DNA of 64,000 bases from positions 45,942,001 to 46,006,000 of the forward strand of contig OX597832.1 in the NCBI GenBank assembly GCA_951406725.2, read 5' to 3'. This stretch comes from Octopus vulgaris (lineage: Eukaryota). Made by a program: the position numbers and the translations under genes. Below the pieces are notes generated by a model, which saw only the letters and a program-made list of their open reading frames with translations, was not told the origin of the DNA and made no database searches. The first letter of the stretch is position 1; each line of letters starts with the position of its first letter. Shown here in pieces: positions 1 to 13,126 of the stretch.

Positions 1-1070
1 CTATAGGGGAATAGTGGAGGGGAGGTACGACGATGAGCTCGGGGCGAACCTGGACGTCGACGAGGAATACCTGACCCGCCAGTTCGGGACGACTTTTGGG
101 CCAGGACCCATGGACAACTTCCAGAGATCCCTGGCCTGGCAGTGCTACCGAGAAGCGCTACCCGTTCGGGATAAGCTCTACAGACACGGCTCGAGAAACA
201 CGGGGCCGACCTGCCCGAGATGCAGTCAGAGCGACGAAACCGTTCTGCACGCACTCGTGCATTGTCCAACAATTTCCGACCTGTGGGCTTATGTCGAACA
301 ACTGCTGTCACGTGTGGGACGAGTCGGTTTATCAGCTGAGTCTATCGTCAATATTGTCACGCCTCCTTCCTTCAAACGGGAAGGGAGAGCTATTTTCATC
401 ATCCTTGTAGCTATGGCGAAATAATGTATCTGGTGGACGCGTCTGAAAGGATTGGAGACAAACACTTTCCTCTCTGGTCAATCTCTCATCAACGTCTTCA
501 AGTACCACTTGAAGAGGAAAGTGAGAGTAGAGAGGCAAGTTTTGTCTAGCGAATGTTTTAAAAAATGATGGGTGAATGTAGCAAGGATGGCACGTATGAA
601 TGACGAAGCCACCTTGAGCATAATCCTATGAACCCAGAAATTGAAAACAGAGGGTTACCCACTTGCAAACAAATGTGGTAACATATAACAATATTGACCG
701 AGGTTACCGTGGTCGTTTTCGTAGGCTTTTCTTCCCACGGATAAACCTCATCTCCTTCCCCTTTTACACCGTACATCATGACACTGTGATACACGATCCC
801 TATTGATCGTTTTTTTTCCTCTTCCCCTTTTTTCCTCTTTTTTCTTCTTTTTTCCTTTTTCTTTTCTTTTGTTTCTTTTTTTTCTCCTTTCCTTTTCTTT
901 TTTTTCTTTTTTTTCTTTTCTTTTTTCTTTTCTTTTTTCCCTTTCATGATCCCATTTTTTTGGTTTCTTTTGTTTTTTGTTTTTTGTTTTTTTTTTCATC
1001 CCCCAAAAGAAAAGCTCTACTTTGTAATTTGTCCCATCTGTGTGCAGCCTTGTGTGGCCAATAAAGAAAC

Positions 1071-1071
<1 letters not shown>
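1..1071 (+). mobile_element. Tx1/L1-clade non-LTR retrotransposon, 3' part (copy 1, runs off window start; ORF2 disrupted)
   Basis: Near-identical to 1709-2340 in the coding part. Encodes the CCHC zf-RVT motif (CPRC..ETVLHALVHC). Premature stops near 422 and 566 relative to copy 2. T-rich 3' UTR ending AATAAAGAAAC, followed directly by (TATC)n. Confidence 0.9.
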
Positions 1072-1169
<98 letters not shown>

Positions 1170-1187
1170 ACTATCTATCTATCTATC
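1072..1187. repeat. (TATC)n microsatellite between the two LINE copies
   Basis: Direct reading. Confidence 0.98.
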
Positions 1188-1191
1188 ATCA

Positions 1192-2340
1192 CTGGAGAAG
1201 AACTGGAACGAGATAACGAGTAGGGTGGTCACTCTCGCCCGGCAATGGGCCGAGAGGAAACTGTCCCTAAAAGGTCGAGCGGAGGTGGCGAACACGTACA
1301 TCGCGTCCGTCATCTACTACCGCCTGACCGTCGTACCTTGTCCCGACCCTACCATCACCAAACTACAACGCATCCTCTTTCGCTTTTTGTGGAAAGGATG
1401 CGTCCCGATGGTCAGGCGATCCATTTGCTGTCAACACCCGTTAAAAGGAGGGCTGGGCATGCCGTGGTTGATGATGCGCAGACACGCGCTGAGACTGCGA
1501 CATCTCTGGCTCTATGTAGACGACGGTGAACAGGTGTGGTCGCCGTTTGTGAGGCACGCTTTCCCGCAGCTCGTCTCCATGACCGAACTGCAGTCGTGGA
1601 TCAAAAAGAGGCCGAGGAAGGGCGAATGGCACCGCGAGTGTCGCGTTGCTCTCAAGCAACTCTGCCGTCCTGGGTCGACCTTAAGTGACTTCAACACAAC
1701 CAAAGCATTCTATAGGGGAATAGTGGAGGGGAGGTACGACGACGAGCTCGGGGCGAACCTGGACGTCGACGAGGAGTACCTGACCCGCCTGTTCAGGACG
1801 ACTTTCGGGCCAGGGCCCATGGACAACTTCCAGAGATCCCTGGCCTGGCAGTGCTACCGAGAAGCGCTACCCGTTCGGGATAAGCTCTACAGACACGGCT
1901 CGAGAAACACGGGGCCGACCTGCCCGAGATGCGGTCAGAGCGACGAAACCGTTCTGCACGCACTCGTTCAGTGTCCAACAATTTCCGACCTGTGGGCTTG
2001 TGTCGAACAACTGCTGTCACGTGTGGGACGAGTCGGTTTATCAGCTGAGTCTATCGTCAATATTGTCACGCCTCCTTCCTTCAAACGGGAAGGAAGAGCT
2101 ATTTTCATCATCCTTGTGGCTATGGCGAAAGAATGTATCTGGTGGACGCGTCTGAAAGGATTGGAGACAAACACTTTCCTCTCTGGTCAATCTCTCATCA
2201 ACTTCTTCAAGTACCACTTGAAAAGGAAAGTGAGAGTAGAGAGGCAAGTTTTGTCTAGCGAATGTTTTAAAAAAAGATGGGTGAATGTAGCAAGAATGGC
2301 ACGTATGAATGACGAAGCCACCTTGAGCATAGTCCTATGA
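1192..2340 (+). CDS. C-terminal fragment of LINE ORF2 (post-RT region + zf-RVT CCHC finger); no true start
   Basis: Open frame LEKNW..W..RKLSLKGRAEVAN..FLW..KGGLGMP..ALPVRDKL..CPRCGQSDETVLHALVQC..IWWTR, the typical Tx1/L1 motif order. Confidence 0.88.
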   Translation: MEKNWNEITSRVVTLARQWAERKLSLKGRAEVANTYIASVIYYRLTVVPCPDPTITKLQRILFRFLWKGCVPMVRRSICCQHPLKGGLGMPWLMMRRHALRLRHLWLYVDDGEQVWSPFVRHAFPQLVSMTELQSWIKKRPRKGEWHRECRVALKQLCRPGSTLSDFNTTKAFYRGIVEGRYDDELGANLDVDEEYLTRLFRTTFGPGPMDNFQRSLAWQCYREALPVRDKLYRHGSRNTGPTCPRCGQSDETVLHALVQCPTISDLWACVEQLLSRVGRVGLSAESIVNIVTPPSFKREGRAIFIILVAMAKECIWWTRLKGLETNTFLSGQSLINFFKYHLKRKVRVERQVLSSECFKKRWVNVARMARMNDEATLSIVL

Positions 2341-2734
2341 ACCCAGAAATCGAAAACAGAGAGTTGCTTATTTGCAAAAAAAAAAAAAAAAAAGAAAAAA
2401 GAAATATAAAATGTGACTTCATTGACCGAGGTTACCGTGGTCTTTTCCGTAGGCTTTTCTTTCCACGGGTAAACCTCACCTGTCCTCCCCTTTACACTTC
2501 ATATTGACATTTCTGTGATAACGATCCCTATTGATCAATTTTTTTTCCTCCCCCCCTTTTTTTTAACCCCCTCCTTTTTTGGTCCTCTTTCTCTCCTTTT
2601 ACGATCCCTTTTGATCGAAACTCCCCTTCCTTTTTTTTTTTTTTTTTTTTTTTTTTTCTAGCCCTTCAAAAGAAAAGCTCTACCTTGTAATTTGTTCTAT
2701 CTGTGTGCAGCCCGGTGTGGCTAATAAAGAAACA
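1194..2734 (+). mobile_element. 5'-truncated Tx1/L1-clade LINE (copy 2) with 14-bp TSD
   Basis: TATCTATCATCACT occurs at 1180-1193 and 2735-2748. Contains an open ORF2 C-terminus and a 3' UTR ending AATAAAGAAACA. Confidence 0.92.
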
Positions 2735-3063
2735 TATCTATCATCACTTCAAGTTGAATGCTCCAATTTCTGTAATTAGTATTAAACAAGTATCTTTATG
2801 CCAAACAACATAAATAGTACACGTTTCTTTTCTAGTTATCCATAATTAATACATTCTTATCTACGATATCCGGTGTAGATTTTAGCCAATAGGGGCCAAT
2901 ATCTGCTTTTCAAAGAAAAAAAAAATTATGCTTGTTTTCCACTTTAATTTTAAAACGTTCCATCTTTGCCTAGAAATAATCATCGTTCACAGAAATATCA
3001 AGGAAGAAAAGCTAGTTTTCCTTAACTTAGATACGCCGTATTTTATGTCACAGCATACGAAGT

Positions 3064-3180
3064 CTATTCGTTATGTAATCTTATTCCTATTCGTTATGTA
3101 ATCTTATTCCTATTCGTTATGTAACCTTATTCCTCTTCGTTATGTAACCCATTCCTATTCCCGTTCGTTATGTAACCTTA
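3064..3180. repeat. ~23-bp minisatellite (CTATTCGTTATGTAATCTTATTC) x~5
   Basis: Direct reading. Confidence 0.9.
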
Positions 3181-3599
3181 GAAAAAATCACATATTCTGC
3201 TCCGATGCTTCACTGTAAATCCGGTGTGAATTAAATTTCGATATTTAATTTTGATCTCCAGAAGAGGATGAAGATAACTTGTAAATATTATTATATAGCA
3301 TCTACATAATTACATGTATATGTTTATACATACACTTTTGTGCCTACATACAATTTTAAGAATATATATATGTATGTGTGTGTGTGTGTTTAAGGTTGTA
3401 TATATGCATGTGTATAAATGATTTATGTGTATGTAAACATCTATGCATGCGTATACAATTAATTCATAGATACGAGTAGATACAAATATATGTGTGTGTA
3501 TGTATCATATGTATACAGAAAAGCAGTGTCTGTAAATACGAATATATATATACATATTCACACACCTCACGCACCTCCGCACCGCAAATAACCCATCGC

Positions 3600-3822
3600 A
3601 TACCTACATACATACACACCTACATACATACATGCATACATACATACATACATACATGCATACATACATGCATACATACATACATACATACATACCTACA
3701 TACATACATACATACATACATACATAAATACATACATACATACATACCTACCTACCTACATACATACATACATACATACATAAATACATACATACATACA
3801 TAAATACATACATACACACACA
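3600..3822. repeat. (TACA)n microsatellite
   Basis: Direct reading. Confidence 0.95.
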
Positions 3823-3930
3823 TATATATTTACATATATGCAATTGGTTATACACGGTGCGGAGGTGGGTGTATATATATATATATATATATATACACAA
3901 ATATATATATAAGTATGTAAATTTATATGT

Positions 3931-4005
<75 letters not shown>

Positions 4006-4307
4006 ATGTGTGTGTGTGTGTGTGTGTGTGTAGGTGTATATATTTACATCGATGCATATAATGTATGCATACACTGAATCAACGTTTGTTTCATGTATCA
4101 GAATCCCATTTTTAATGAATCTCGGGAAATATCAAAGATATTCTCTCTACTCTAAAATTAGCGAAACGTTGACACGGGTCAATTGATGGATTAATCGAAA
4201 AATTCTTATATGAAATCGCGGCATTGCAATACATTCAAAAAGCGAAACAATAACAAAGATAATACAACAACAATAAAGATAAACAATAACAGTTAGAGCT
4301 CGGATAT

Positions 4308-4371
4308 GAAGAAGAAGAAGAAGAAGAAGAAGAAGAAGAAGAAGAAGAAGAAGAAGAAGAAGAAGAAGAAG

Positions 4372-4403
<32 letters not shown>

Positions 4404-4462
4404 GGAGAAGAAGAAGAAGAAGAAAAAGAAGAATTGGAAGAAGAAGGAAGAAGAAGAAGAAA
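4308..4462. repeat. (GAA)n microsatellite
   Basis: Direct reading. Confidence 0.95.
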
Positions 4463-4555
4463 GACATGTAAAGTTTTAGCATGAAAGGTTGGAAAATAAA
4501 TCATTACAATCAAAACCTCGAAATAACCACTACAACAACAACAACAACAACAACA

Positions 4556-4595
<40 letters not shown>

Positions 4596-5362
4596 AGAGG
4601 TTATTTATGGAAGACCAGCAGTCGCCCATGCACACCAGCCTTTCGGTAGATGTTTGAGGACACGGCAAACCAACGGTTGTTCTGTGTATTTACCATCTGT
4701 TCGTATTGCAGCTTCCGGTGCTAATGACAAGCAGTACAGCATGTTGTTTCCAAATTTCTGGCAGTGTGAATTGCGTCATTGAGTTGTGTTCCTCACAGAA
4801 TGTGCCCGACTGACCCTACTATAATGTGTAGAGGAAAAATCATGAACACACAATGCGCATGCCGAAAAAGAAATGGCCACAATTTACCCATTGCGCTCTG
4901 TATACACACACATACACATATACATACACAAACGCATATACGTACACATATGTGTATTTGTATGTACCTACAGTGACTTGCCTAAGTTTATAAACTAATT
5001 ATATAAACTTATACAGTTTCATTGCACCTAATTTGTTTCGTACAAATATTTTACGTTCAGGAAAGCAAACATTCGTTCTACAGAAATCTAAATGTCGATG
5101 ACATTTAAAACTCATTGATGCATCGTTTATAAATCTATGTACAGTTTATAGCAGTATGAACTATTTCCAGCTCTATATACGAAATAACCACAATGTTAAC
5201 ATATAGTTTTGGTTAGCATAAATCTGTTATGTAAATATGGCGTTACGCCAGGACAAACATTCATAACAATTCATTAGTTATTGGGCTGTTGCTTGAAAAT
5301 AAAATAAATCTTCCTCGAAATAACTGTTCTCTTGAATCTATTAATTAAAACTATACGATCTA

Positions 5363-5449
<87 letters not shown>

Positions 5450-5470
5450 GAGGTACCTATTTATCTCAGT

Positions 5471-5627
5471 TTGTAATAAGAAGCTTGCTTTTCAACCACA
5501 GAGTTCTGGGTTCAGTCCCACTACATGGCGCTTTGAGTAAGTGTCTTCTACTATAGATGCGGGCCGACCAAATCGATTTAGTTGGTAGAATGGATTTGTT
5601 AGATGGAAAATAAAAGAAACCTTTCGC
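5471..5627 (+). mobile_element. SINE-A 5' part (degenerate)
   Basis: Matches the SINE-A head (GGGTTCAGTCCCACT..AAGTGTCTTCTACTATAG). Confidence 0.8.
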
Positions 5628-6048
5628 ATATATATATGAATTATGTATATATATATACACACATATAAAACGATATATATATATATATACACACATATAA
5701 AACGAAAACGAAGTAAAGTTGAAAGGTACCGCATGAGCGGAAATATATGTGAAAGAAGGTGTGAAAATGCAATTTTTTAAGATGTGTATTCACTGGACTA
5801 GTTTCACTTTTTTAGAAATTATTCAGCAAAATGTAAATGTCAGAAAGACAGGTTAGTTCCTCTATAATTTCTTTTGTAAATTTTTAAATATATCTCCTTC
5901 TGTGTATGTATATACTACCAAACATAATTTTTATTGAACTTTTTGTTGAATATTATTTGTTGACTACGAAGTGCAGATTGTTTTGTAACAAGCGTAGCAT
6001 ACAGTTTGATCGGCCATTGCTTCCCAGTATATATATGTGTGTGTGTGT

Positions 6049-6086
<38 letters not shown>

Positions 6087-6658
6087 ATAGAAATGCGTTG
6101 CGGTTCTCTATACCATTTTCAGTATATGCAAGTATATATAAGTCTGTATATAAAAGCACAATTATCCGTATATATCGGTGCAGAATAATATTTCGTTGAA
6201 AATCGATTAAAACTATCCTTTCTTTAGCAAGTCCCCTCAAACTCATTGTTATATGACGAGTGTCAAGCGCTCCAGGAATGAATCTCAGACTTGGTAATTG
6301 ATGTGAGTGTGTTCCGAAGATGTCACTAAAATGATCAAAATAGAATTTACTAAATTTAATTCAGATAAGAAGTAAATGCGCGGTCTTAGCCGTTTTGAAT
6401 TTGTGTTTATATGTCAAAAGTCAAAGAATTTAGCATATAAATACATCAAGATTTGATCTAAGTGGACCCAATAAATTAAGATTTGACTTTGATTCAAAAT
6501 TCACAAACATAAAGGCGAACATATTTCATAATTTGAAAGACATATCTCGTTATGAGAAGCGGTGGTTGACGTATAGCAGCTCTCTTTAATCGAGACTTTG
6601 CTTGCTGTCCTCTCTCTCTGAACCTGTCCAAGTACTCTGTAGCAGATGTTGATTTAAT

Positions 6659-6705
<47 letters not shown>

Positions 6706-7108
6706 AGATAAAAACCACCTTTTATCAATTCAATAATGAAAAATAAAATTATACCATTTAGAACAATTACATATTATAGAAAGATTAAATATAAGATAAA
6801 ACATATAACAATGATTACTTAATGTGCAAAATAATAAATAAAACGTATATATTTGGTATATATATATGTTTTATTCATTATTTTGTATATATAACTTTCT
6901 TATATATATATATATACTTATAATTATACATATGTATGTATATATGTTTAAAGATAAATATAATGATATCATATATATATAGAGTACATAAGTAGATATA
7001 GAGTAGATATAATACTATATCTACATTAGTGGCTATCATTTTTTTTTATTTACCACCTCCACAGCGAAGTGTTTCGTTCCTCTTCTCCCGCCCAAGTATA
7101 TTGATATA

Positions 7109-7318
7109 TATTTCTTTACTACCCACAAGGGGCTAAACATAGAGGGGACAGACAAGGGATTAAGTCGATTATATCGACCCCAGTGCGAAACTGGTACTTT
7201 ATTTATCGACACCGAAAGGATGAAAGGCAAAGTCGACCTCGGCGGAATTTGAACTCAGAACGTAACGACAGACGAAATACCGCTAAGCATTTCGCCTGGC
7301 GCGCTAACGTTTCTGCCA
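7109..7318 (-). mobile_element. SINE-C (tRNA-like head, Nin/Deu-like core, Tx1-like tail)
   Basis: Minus strand reads GAGTTCAAATTCC (box B), GACTTTGCCTTTCATCCTTTCGG..GATAAATAAAGTACC core, and a tail ending GTAAAGAAATA. Many copies in the window. Confidence 0.88.
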
Positions 7319-7759
7319 TGTAGCATATGAATACGAGAGAGTTCAATTGTCTAATATCTAGTGTATTATTCTTCAAATGAAACCGGACTCGGTAACGTGG
7401 ATGAAAAATTTATATAAAAAAAACTAAAATTTCCACTTGGTACCTAAAATATAAATGTAAATTGACGAATTAGAAAAAAAAATCTCAACTGTGAAACCAA
7501 TCACGATTTTGAACCTGGAACTCAATGAGTTCTTAAGACTTGTTTGTCATTCATGACTTCATACAAAGGACGGAGGTTCCTTTTTGATTGCCAACCTCGC
7601 GCCAGTCTCTCGTTTCAGGTGTTTCCTAGATTTTGTCTTGAGTGAGAAAAAGAAACAAAAAATAGTGAACCCGAACTCACAATATTACGCCTTTGTAAAT
7701 AATGTAGAGATAGGGTAATTGGTTGTAATCAATTAATGATTAAATATACTTATACAGAA

Positions 7760-7972
7760 CAATACTTTCTGGTATTGGTACATGTTTGAAATTTGGTGGG
7801 AGGTGTAAGTCGATTACATCGCCCCCTGTGCTCAAGTGGTACTTATTTCGTCGACCCTGAAAAGACGAAGGGCAAAGCCGACCTCGGTGGAATTTGAATT
7901 TAAGACTTAACGACGGACGAAAGCTGCTAAGCATTTTGTCCGGTGTTCTAGTAATGCTGCTGGCTCACCGCG
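7760..7972 (-). mobile_element. Older SINE-C-related copy with alternative tail
   Basis: Degenerate core GGTACTTATTTCGTCGACCCTGAAAAGACGAAGGGCAAAG. Confidence 0.7.
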
Positions 7973-10168
7973 CTATTGTTATGGAATAATAAATATCTAA
8001 GTGTGCGAAACGCTCGCAACACGCATTTTCGACCAACGCGCTGACGCTTCTGCTAACCAAATGTCTGAAGAAGGGGAGATTCATGAAGGGAATCTTGACT
8101 AGAACGAGTACTATCGGGTCTGTTTTCATTTCGGATTGATAGCTACGATATAGAATCATCCATTATATTTGTAGGCCCTCCCAGGTCGGCGAAGCTATTA
8201 CTGTTAATGTTCTGTTTAAGCTACTGGAGATTATCCCTTACGAGAAAGATACAATTCAGGGAGTCGATGTTCTCAGGAACTGACTCAGAGAGAGTTAAAG
8301 ACTTCAAGAATAACAAGAGGCAGAAAGTCTGGTAAGTAAAGCATCTGTAAATGATGGAGGAACGAGACCAGTCGTCTCAGAAGAACAGGGGCTACAATGG
8401 TGGTGATAGAAATGGGAGTCGATGAAGTACACCAGGTCAGAAAATTTAGTTCATGTGCTGATGAAGACAGCGAGACAGAGTGTAACAAAATAAAAAGAAA
8501 TGAATGAAGATATAAGAATTGTACATCTGCGGTGGGTGAGGTTGTTAAGATTACTGTAATAAAGTTTGGGAATATCAAGTATTTTCTATGCTGTGTTGAT
8601 TCATGATATCTTCACACAGTCATGCTAACTTAGGTTGGAGAAACGTAATATTGTTTCACTTTCATGCAATTTCTATGTCTTTAATAAATGATGTTTATGT
8701 AGATTACGCAAATCGAAATAAAGTGAAAAAAAATATACTTTACAGTAAGTATAGGTTCAGTATGTACATAATACACTTGTTGGTTAGAAGATAAATTACA
8801 CGTTAGAAAACTATACTAAATATTTTTCTTTTATGATCTTCAGATTTGGTGTCCAATGTTATATATTATCCTGTGTTGCTGGAGTAAAACCAGAAATATA
8901 CCAAAATAGTTATTGAATTTTAAGACGTAATCTTGCAAAAATTTTCCTATAACAAAAATAGGAAATGTTTGTATTACTTTTTGCTATAATTGTTTTAAGT
9001 CGGTTTGAAATAAAAACAAAACGACAAAGTTAAAAATCTATAATTTTTTTTATTCATGATTACATGTTCGGTTCCCGCCGCATAGGAAGTGTTGTTTTCT
9101 TTTCACTCAAGTATTGGTATCATTCTCACATCTGTGCTATAGTAAAATGTATCTGTTTCTTCATAAATGAATATAAAGAATATCATATAACAAACACACA
9201 CACACACACGCACACACAAAATTAAAAAAAAAATTGAGATTCATGTCTATACCAGAAACACTTATTAATTCGCCCGAAGAGGCGAAAGGCAAAAATGACC
9301 TTGGCATCAGGCAATTCTATAAAAGCCATAAATATTTAAGAAATCATTATTCAGGTGGTGAGGTTATATTAATCTCCCTGCTGCATTCTGTCCAAACAGC
9401 CGGCGTACGATATAATCAAGATATCTCGATGTCACGCAGAAGCCGGAATGATTTTATAATAATAGCTTATTGGCTAAACTCAGTGTTACCTTATTGATGA
9501 GAACTTGGCAATTTCTTATCCGGAAATTGTACCTATGGTCCGTTGTGAACCCAACCAATGAATCTTTGTCTGGTAAACACTACACCACTAGAAGATAACA
9601 TGAGCGTTATTGAAACCGGTTGTTAAGAATACGCTCGAATGTATTCTTTTTTAAAAAAAATCGATAGATCATTTCCCCGCCCTTTCGACCTCCATGCCTG
9701 TGTTCCTTCTCAATATTCTGTCTGATTTCCTTTATTCCTCATTGAAGTTTAGCTACGAGTCGCTGAAAATGTCTATCGATCACTGTTATTATACCTAAAC
9801 CTGCTTATCGAAGCGGACTTCCACGTCTGTCGGACATCGCAGAAATTATTAATTATATGTCAATTATTAACGATTACACGTAGCATAGCCATATAAAGGA
9901 ATAATGCAGTTTTACGCGTACTTTAATGGAAATAAACAAACCGACGCAAGTTGAAACATGCAATTTTCAGAAATGAAGAAAACAAAAAAAAAAGGGGGAA
10001 GCTTACACCCGATATCCAGCTGCCCGCCAATATAATGTTCAAATAGCTTTATCAGAGTTTCGTCTGCTTCCCTTGCTCAAACTTATATATTTATATACGC
10101 TACTTTCTACTTAGATATTTAGATTCCCAATAATTTTTTATAATGGATTAAAAAATAGAGCAAATTCT

Positions 10169-10333
10169 GGAGTGGCTGTATGGTAAGTAGCTTGCTTACC
10201 AACCACATGGTTCCGGGTTCAGTCCCACTGCGTGGCACCATGGGCAAGTGTCTTCTACTATAGCCTCGGGCCGACCAAAGCCTTGTTTGTGGATTTGGTA
10301 GATGGAAACTGAAAGAAGCCTTTCGTATATATG

Positions 10334-10367
<34 letters not shown>

Positions 10368-10600
10368 TGTGTGCGTGTGTGTTTGTGTGTCTGTGTTTGT
10401 TCCCCTAGTATTGCTTGACAGCCGATGCTGGTGTGTTTATGTCCCCATCACCTAGCGGTTCGGCAAAAGAGACCGATAAAATAAGTACTGGGTTTACAAA
10501 GAATAAGTCCCAGGGTCGAGTTGCTCGATTAAAGGTGGTGCTCCAGCATGGCCGCAGTCAAATGACTGAAACAAGTAAAAGAGTAAAAGGGTAAGAGTAA
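10169..10600 (+). mobile_element. SINE-A, full length (tRNA head, CORE-like block, internal (TA)/(TG) microsatellite, GTAAAAGA tail)
   Basis: Box A TGGCTGTATGG, box B GGTTCAGTCCC, CORE-like CCATGGGCAAGTG, tail ATGACTGAAACAAGTAAAAGAG. Confidence 0.9.
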
Positions 10601-10875
10601 ATGGAATTTCGTGTCTCTTCCTCCACCATATTTCTTTCTCTATTTCTCTGTCCTGATATATGTATGTATATATGTATGCGTATATACATATATACGCATA
10701 TATATACATACATACATATATACATGTATGTATGCGTGTGTGAGCGACGTCTGTGTATCTGTTTGTGTGTGTATGTGTGTGGTTACTATATATGCCCTCG
10801 ACAGAAAACAACAAGCGTTGCTCTCTGGTCGAGTAATGTATTCACGAAACTAACAATTTGAATCACTTTCGTAAC

Positions 10876-10945
<70 letters not shown>

Positions 10946-11194
10946 GAAATATGTTACGAAAAGAAAATATAAAATACACGTGGAAAATTAAGGGTAAAAT
11001 ATGAAAAATCAACGAAAATGCACCTTACACTTAGAAAAAGGCTATTTATGACAGGTAACGACAAATATATACATTTATATTGACTGAGGTAGTAATATGA
11101 GTCATAAAAGGCATTATTATGAGATGATTATAAGGTGATAATAAAATAAGAAAACAAAACGAACCATGGTTTACGCAAAGCTATTCATCGTTTG

Positions 11195-11223
<29 letters not shown>

Positions 11224-11226
<3 letters not shown>

Positions 11227-11646
11227 CATCTTCAGCGACAAGTCCCTCAGGCGTCCATTTGACACCGTTGGTCACAGCACGCTGTCCACTCTTCTCTGGA
11301 TCGCGCCTTCCTCATCATCCTCGTGGTCCCAATCGCTCTCCTGAAATCGTAACTCCACCGTCGTGGAAACCTTCCGGGTGGTCGTTTCAGCTCGCGCGGG
11401 TACCACTCGACAACTGCGCTGGTCCACCGATTATCGGTGAGCTGGACGACGTGTCCTCCAGCCCATCTGAACTTGCTGCGTGCATATTCTACGATGAAAT
11501 CCCTCCCGCCGGACTTCTCTCTGGTGGCCTCGCTACTGATGTACTCCTTAATCGAGATTCCAAGCATTGACCTTTTCTTGACATGGTTCTTTTAGCCGTT
11601 ACCAGTCTCTGTTCTTCTCTCTTTGTGGTAGCCCATGTTTCACTAC
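11224..11646 (-). pseudogene. RTE-clade LINE 3' fragment
   Basis: Translates SETWATTK..MLGIS..KFRWAGGHV..DNRW..WYPR..KRPPGRFPRRW..EEW..CDQRC, a canonical RTE C-terminus. Short GAT-type tail. Confidence 0.9.
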
Positions 11647-11806
11647 AAGTGAAACACACACACACATGTAAATATATATATATATAGTCTTACCTTTTAA
11701 TAACTACGCCAAACGAAGGATCAACACCGCATTTCACGGTTTCATTTCAACTTGGTAATTACATATCCCAAAAGTCCTACTCACCTTAATCTTACTTTTT
11801 TCTCTC

Positions 11807-11807
<1 letters not shown>

Positions 11808-11871
<64 letters not shown>

Positions 11872-12152
11872 CATCATTATTATTATTTTTATTAGCATCT
11901 TCTTTGAATTCTGTTTCCATCTCCTACCTCTTCTTCGTCTTCTTCTTCTCTTCCTCTTCCTCTTCCTCTTCCTCTTCTTCTTCTTCTTCTTTTTCTTCTT
12001 CTTCATTTTTGTTCTTTTCCTTCCTCTTCATTTTTGTTGTTGTTGTTGTTGTTGTTGTTCTTCTTCTTCTTCTTCTTCTTCTTCTCCTTCTTCTGCTCCT
12101 TCTTCTTCTACTACTACTTCTTCTTCCTCTTCTTCTATTACTTCTTCTTCTT
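11808..12152. repeat. Compound (ATT)n/(CTT)n/(GTT)n microsatellite
   Basis: Direct reading. Confidence 0.95.
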
Positions 12153-12704
12153 GTTGTGGTTTCTGTTGATTTGGAAGTTGTACTTGTTTTGATTTAAATT
12201 CAAATATAAACGTTTATTTTCCCAAAATTCTATTGCGCTAATTCACTGATTTTTAATTGATATAAAATTACGGGAACAAGAAAGGAAATGCGAATAAATA
12301 TTAAGCAAGTATTAAATTGCAAATAAAGAGCAATAAACAACAGTCGAATAAATAGAAAAATAACACATTCAATTAGGAGAGGCCATTTGATTTATTCAGT
12401 TAATTAGCCTGTCCGATATATTCCATACATTCGCGACTTATAATAAGCCAACAAACAAACCATTGTCGTATATACTAGAAACGAAATCAACATATTTTTA
12501 TCTGGTGTTGGAGAAATTAGGAATGCAAATGTCTTAATTGAGATACAGTTTATTGAAGTTAGATGGCAATAAAGAAAACGGTGTAGCCTCATTAAGTGTA
12601 CGAAAATGCGATAGGATATTTCTGTCTTTCAAGTTAACCCATCTACTCTCATTTTCACTCTTCTTTCGCTATTTCATTGTTTTGTCTCTCACTCTGTCAT
12701 CCTC

Positions 12705-12761
<57 letters not shown>

Positions 12762-12765
12762 ATAT

Positions 12766-12813
<48 letters not shown>

Positions 12814-12819
12814 ATGTGT

Positions 12820-13126
12820 GTGTGGAGGTTCAATGGCCCAGTGGTTAGGGCATCGGATTCGCGGTCGAAGGATCGCGGTTTCGATTCCCAGACCGGGCAT
12901 TGTGGGTGTTTATTCAGTAAAATCACCTAAAGCTCCATGAGGCTCAGGCAGGGGGTGGTGGCGATCCCTGTTGTACTATTTCGCCACAACTTTCTCTCAC
13001 TCTTTTTTCTGTTGGCCTGCTTGCTTAGCCAGCGGGGTAGTGTCATTTGAAGGCTAAAACAATGCGAAGCGCATTGTGACCAGCGATGTGTAGCAACATC
13101 TGATAGCCTGGTCGGTGACGGTGATA
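12820..13126 (+). mobile_element. SINE-B variant with RTE-derived tail
   Basis: Head TGGCCCAGTGGTTAGG..GGTTTCGATTCCC is shared with the copies at 41507 and 49144. The 3' ~60 nt align with the RTE end at 11224-11283. Confidence 0.85.

Noticed and set aside
8050-8580. GC-richer segment, possible exon or LINE relic
   Set aside because: No frame gave recognisable motifs or consistent splice sites.
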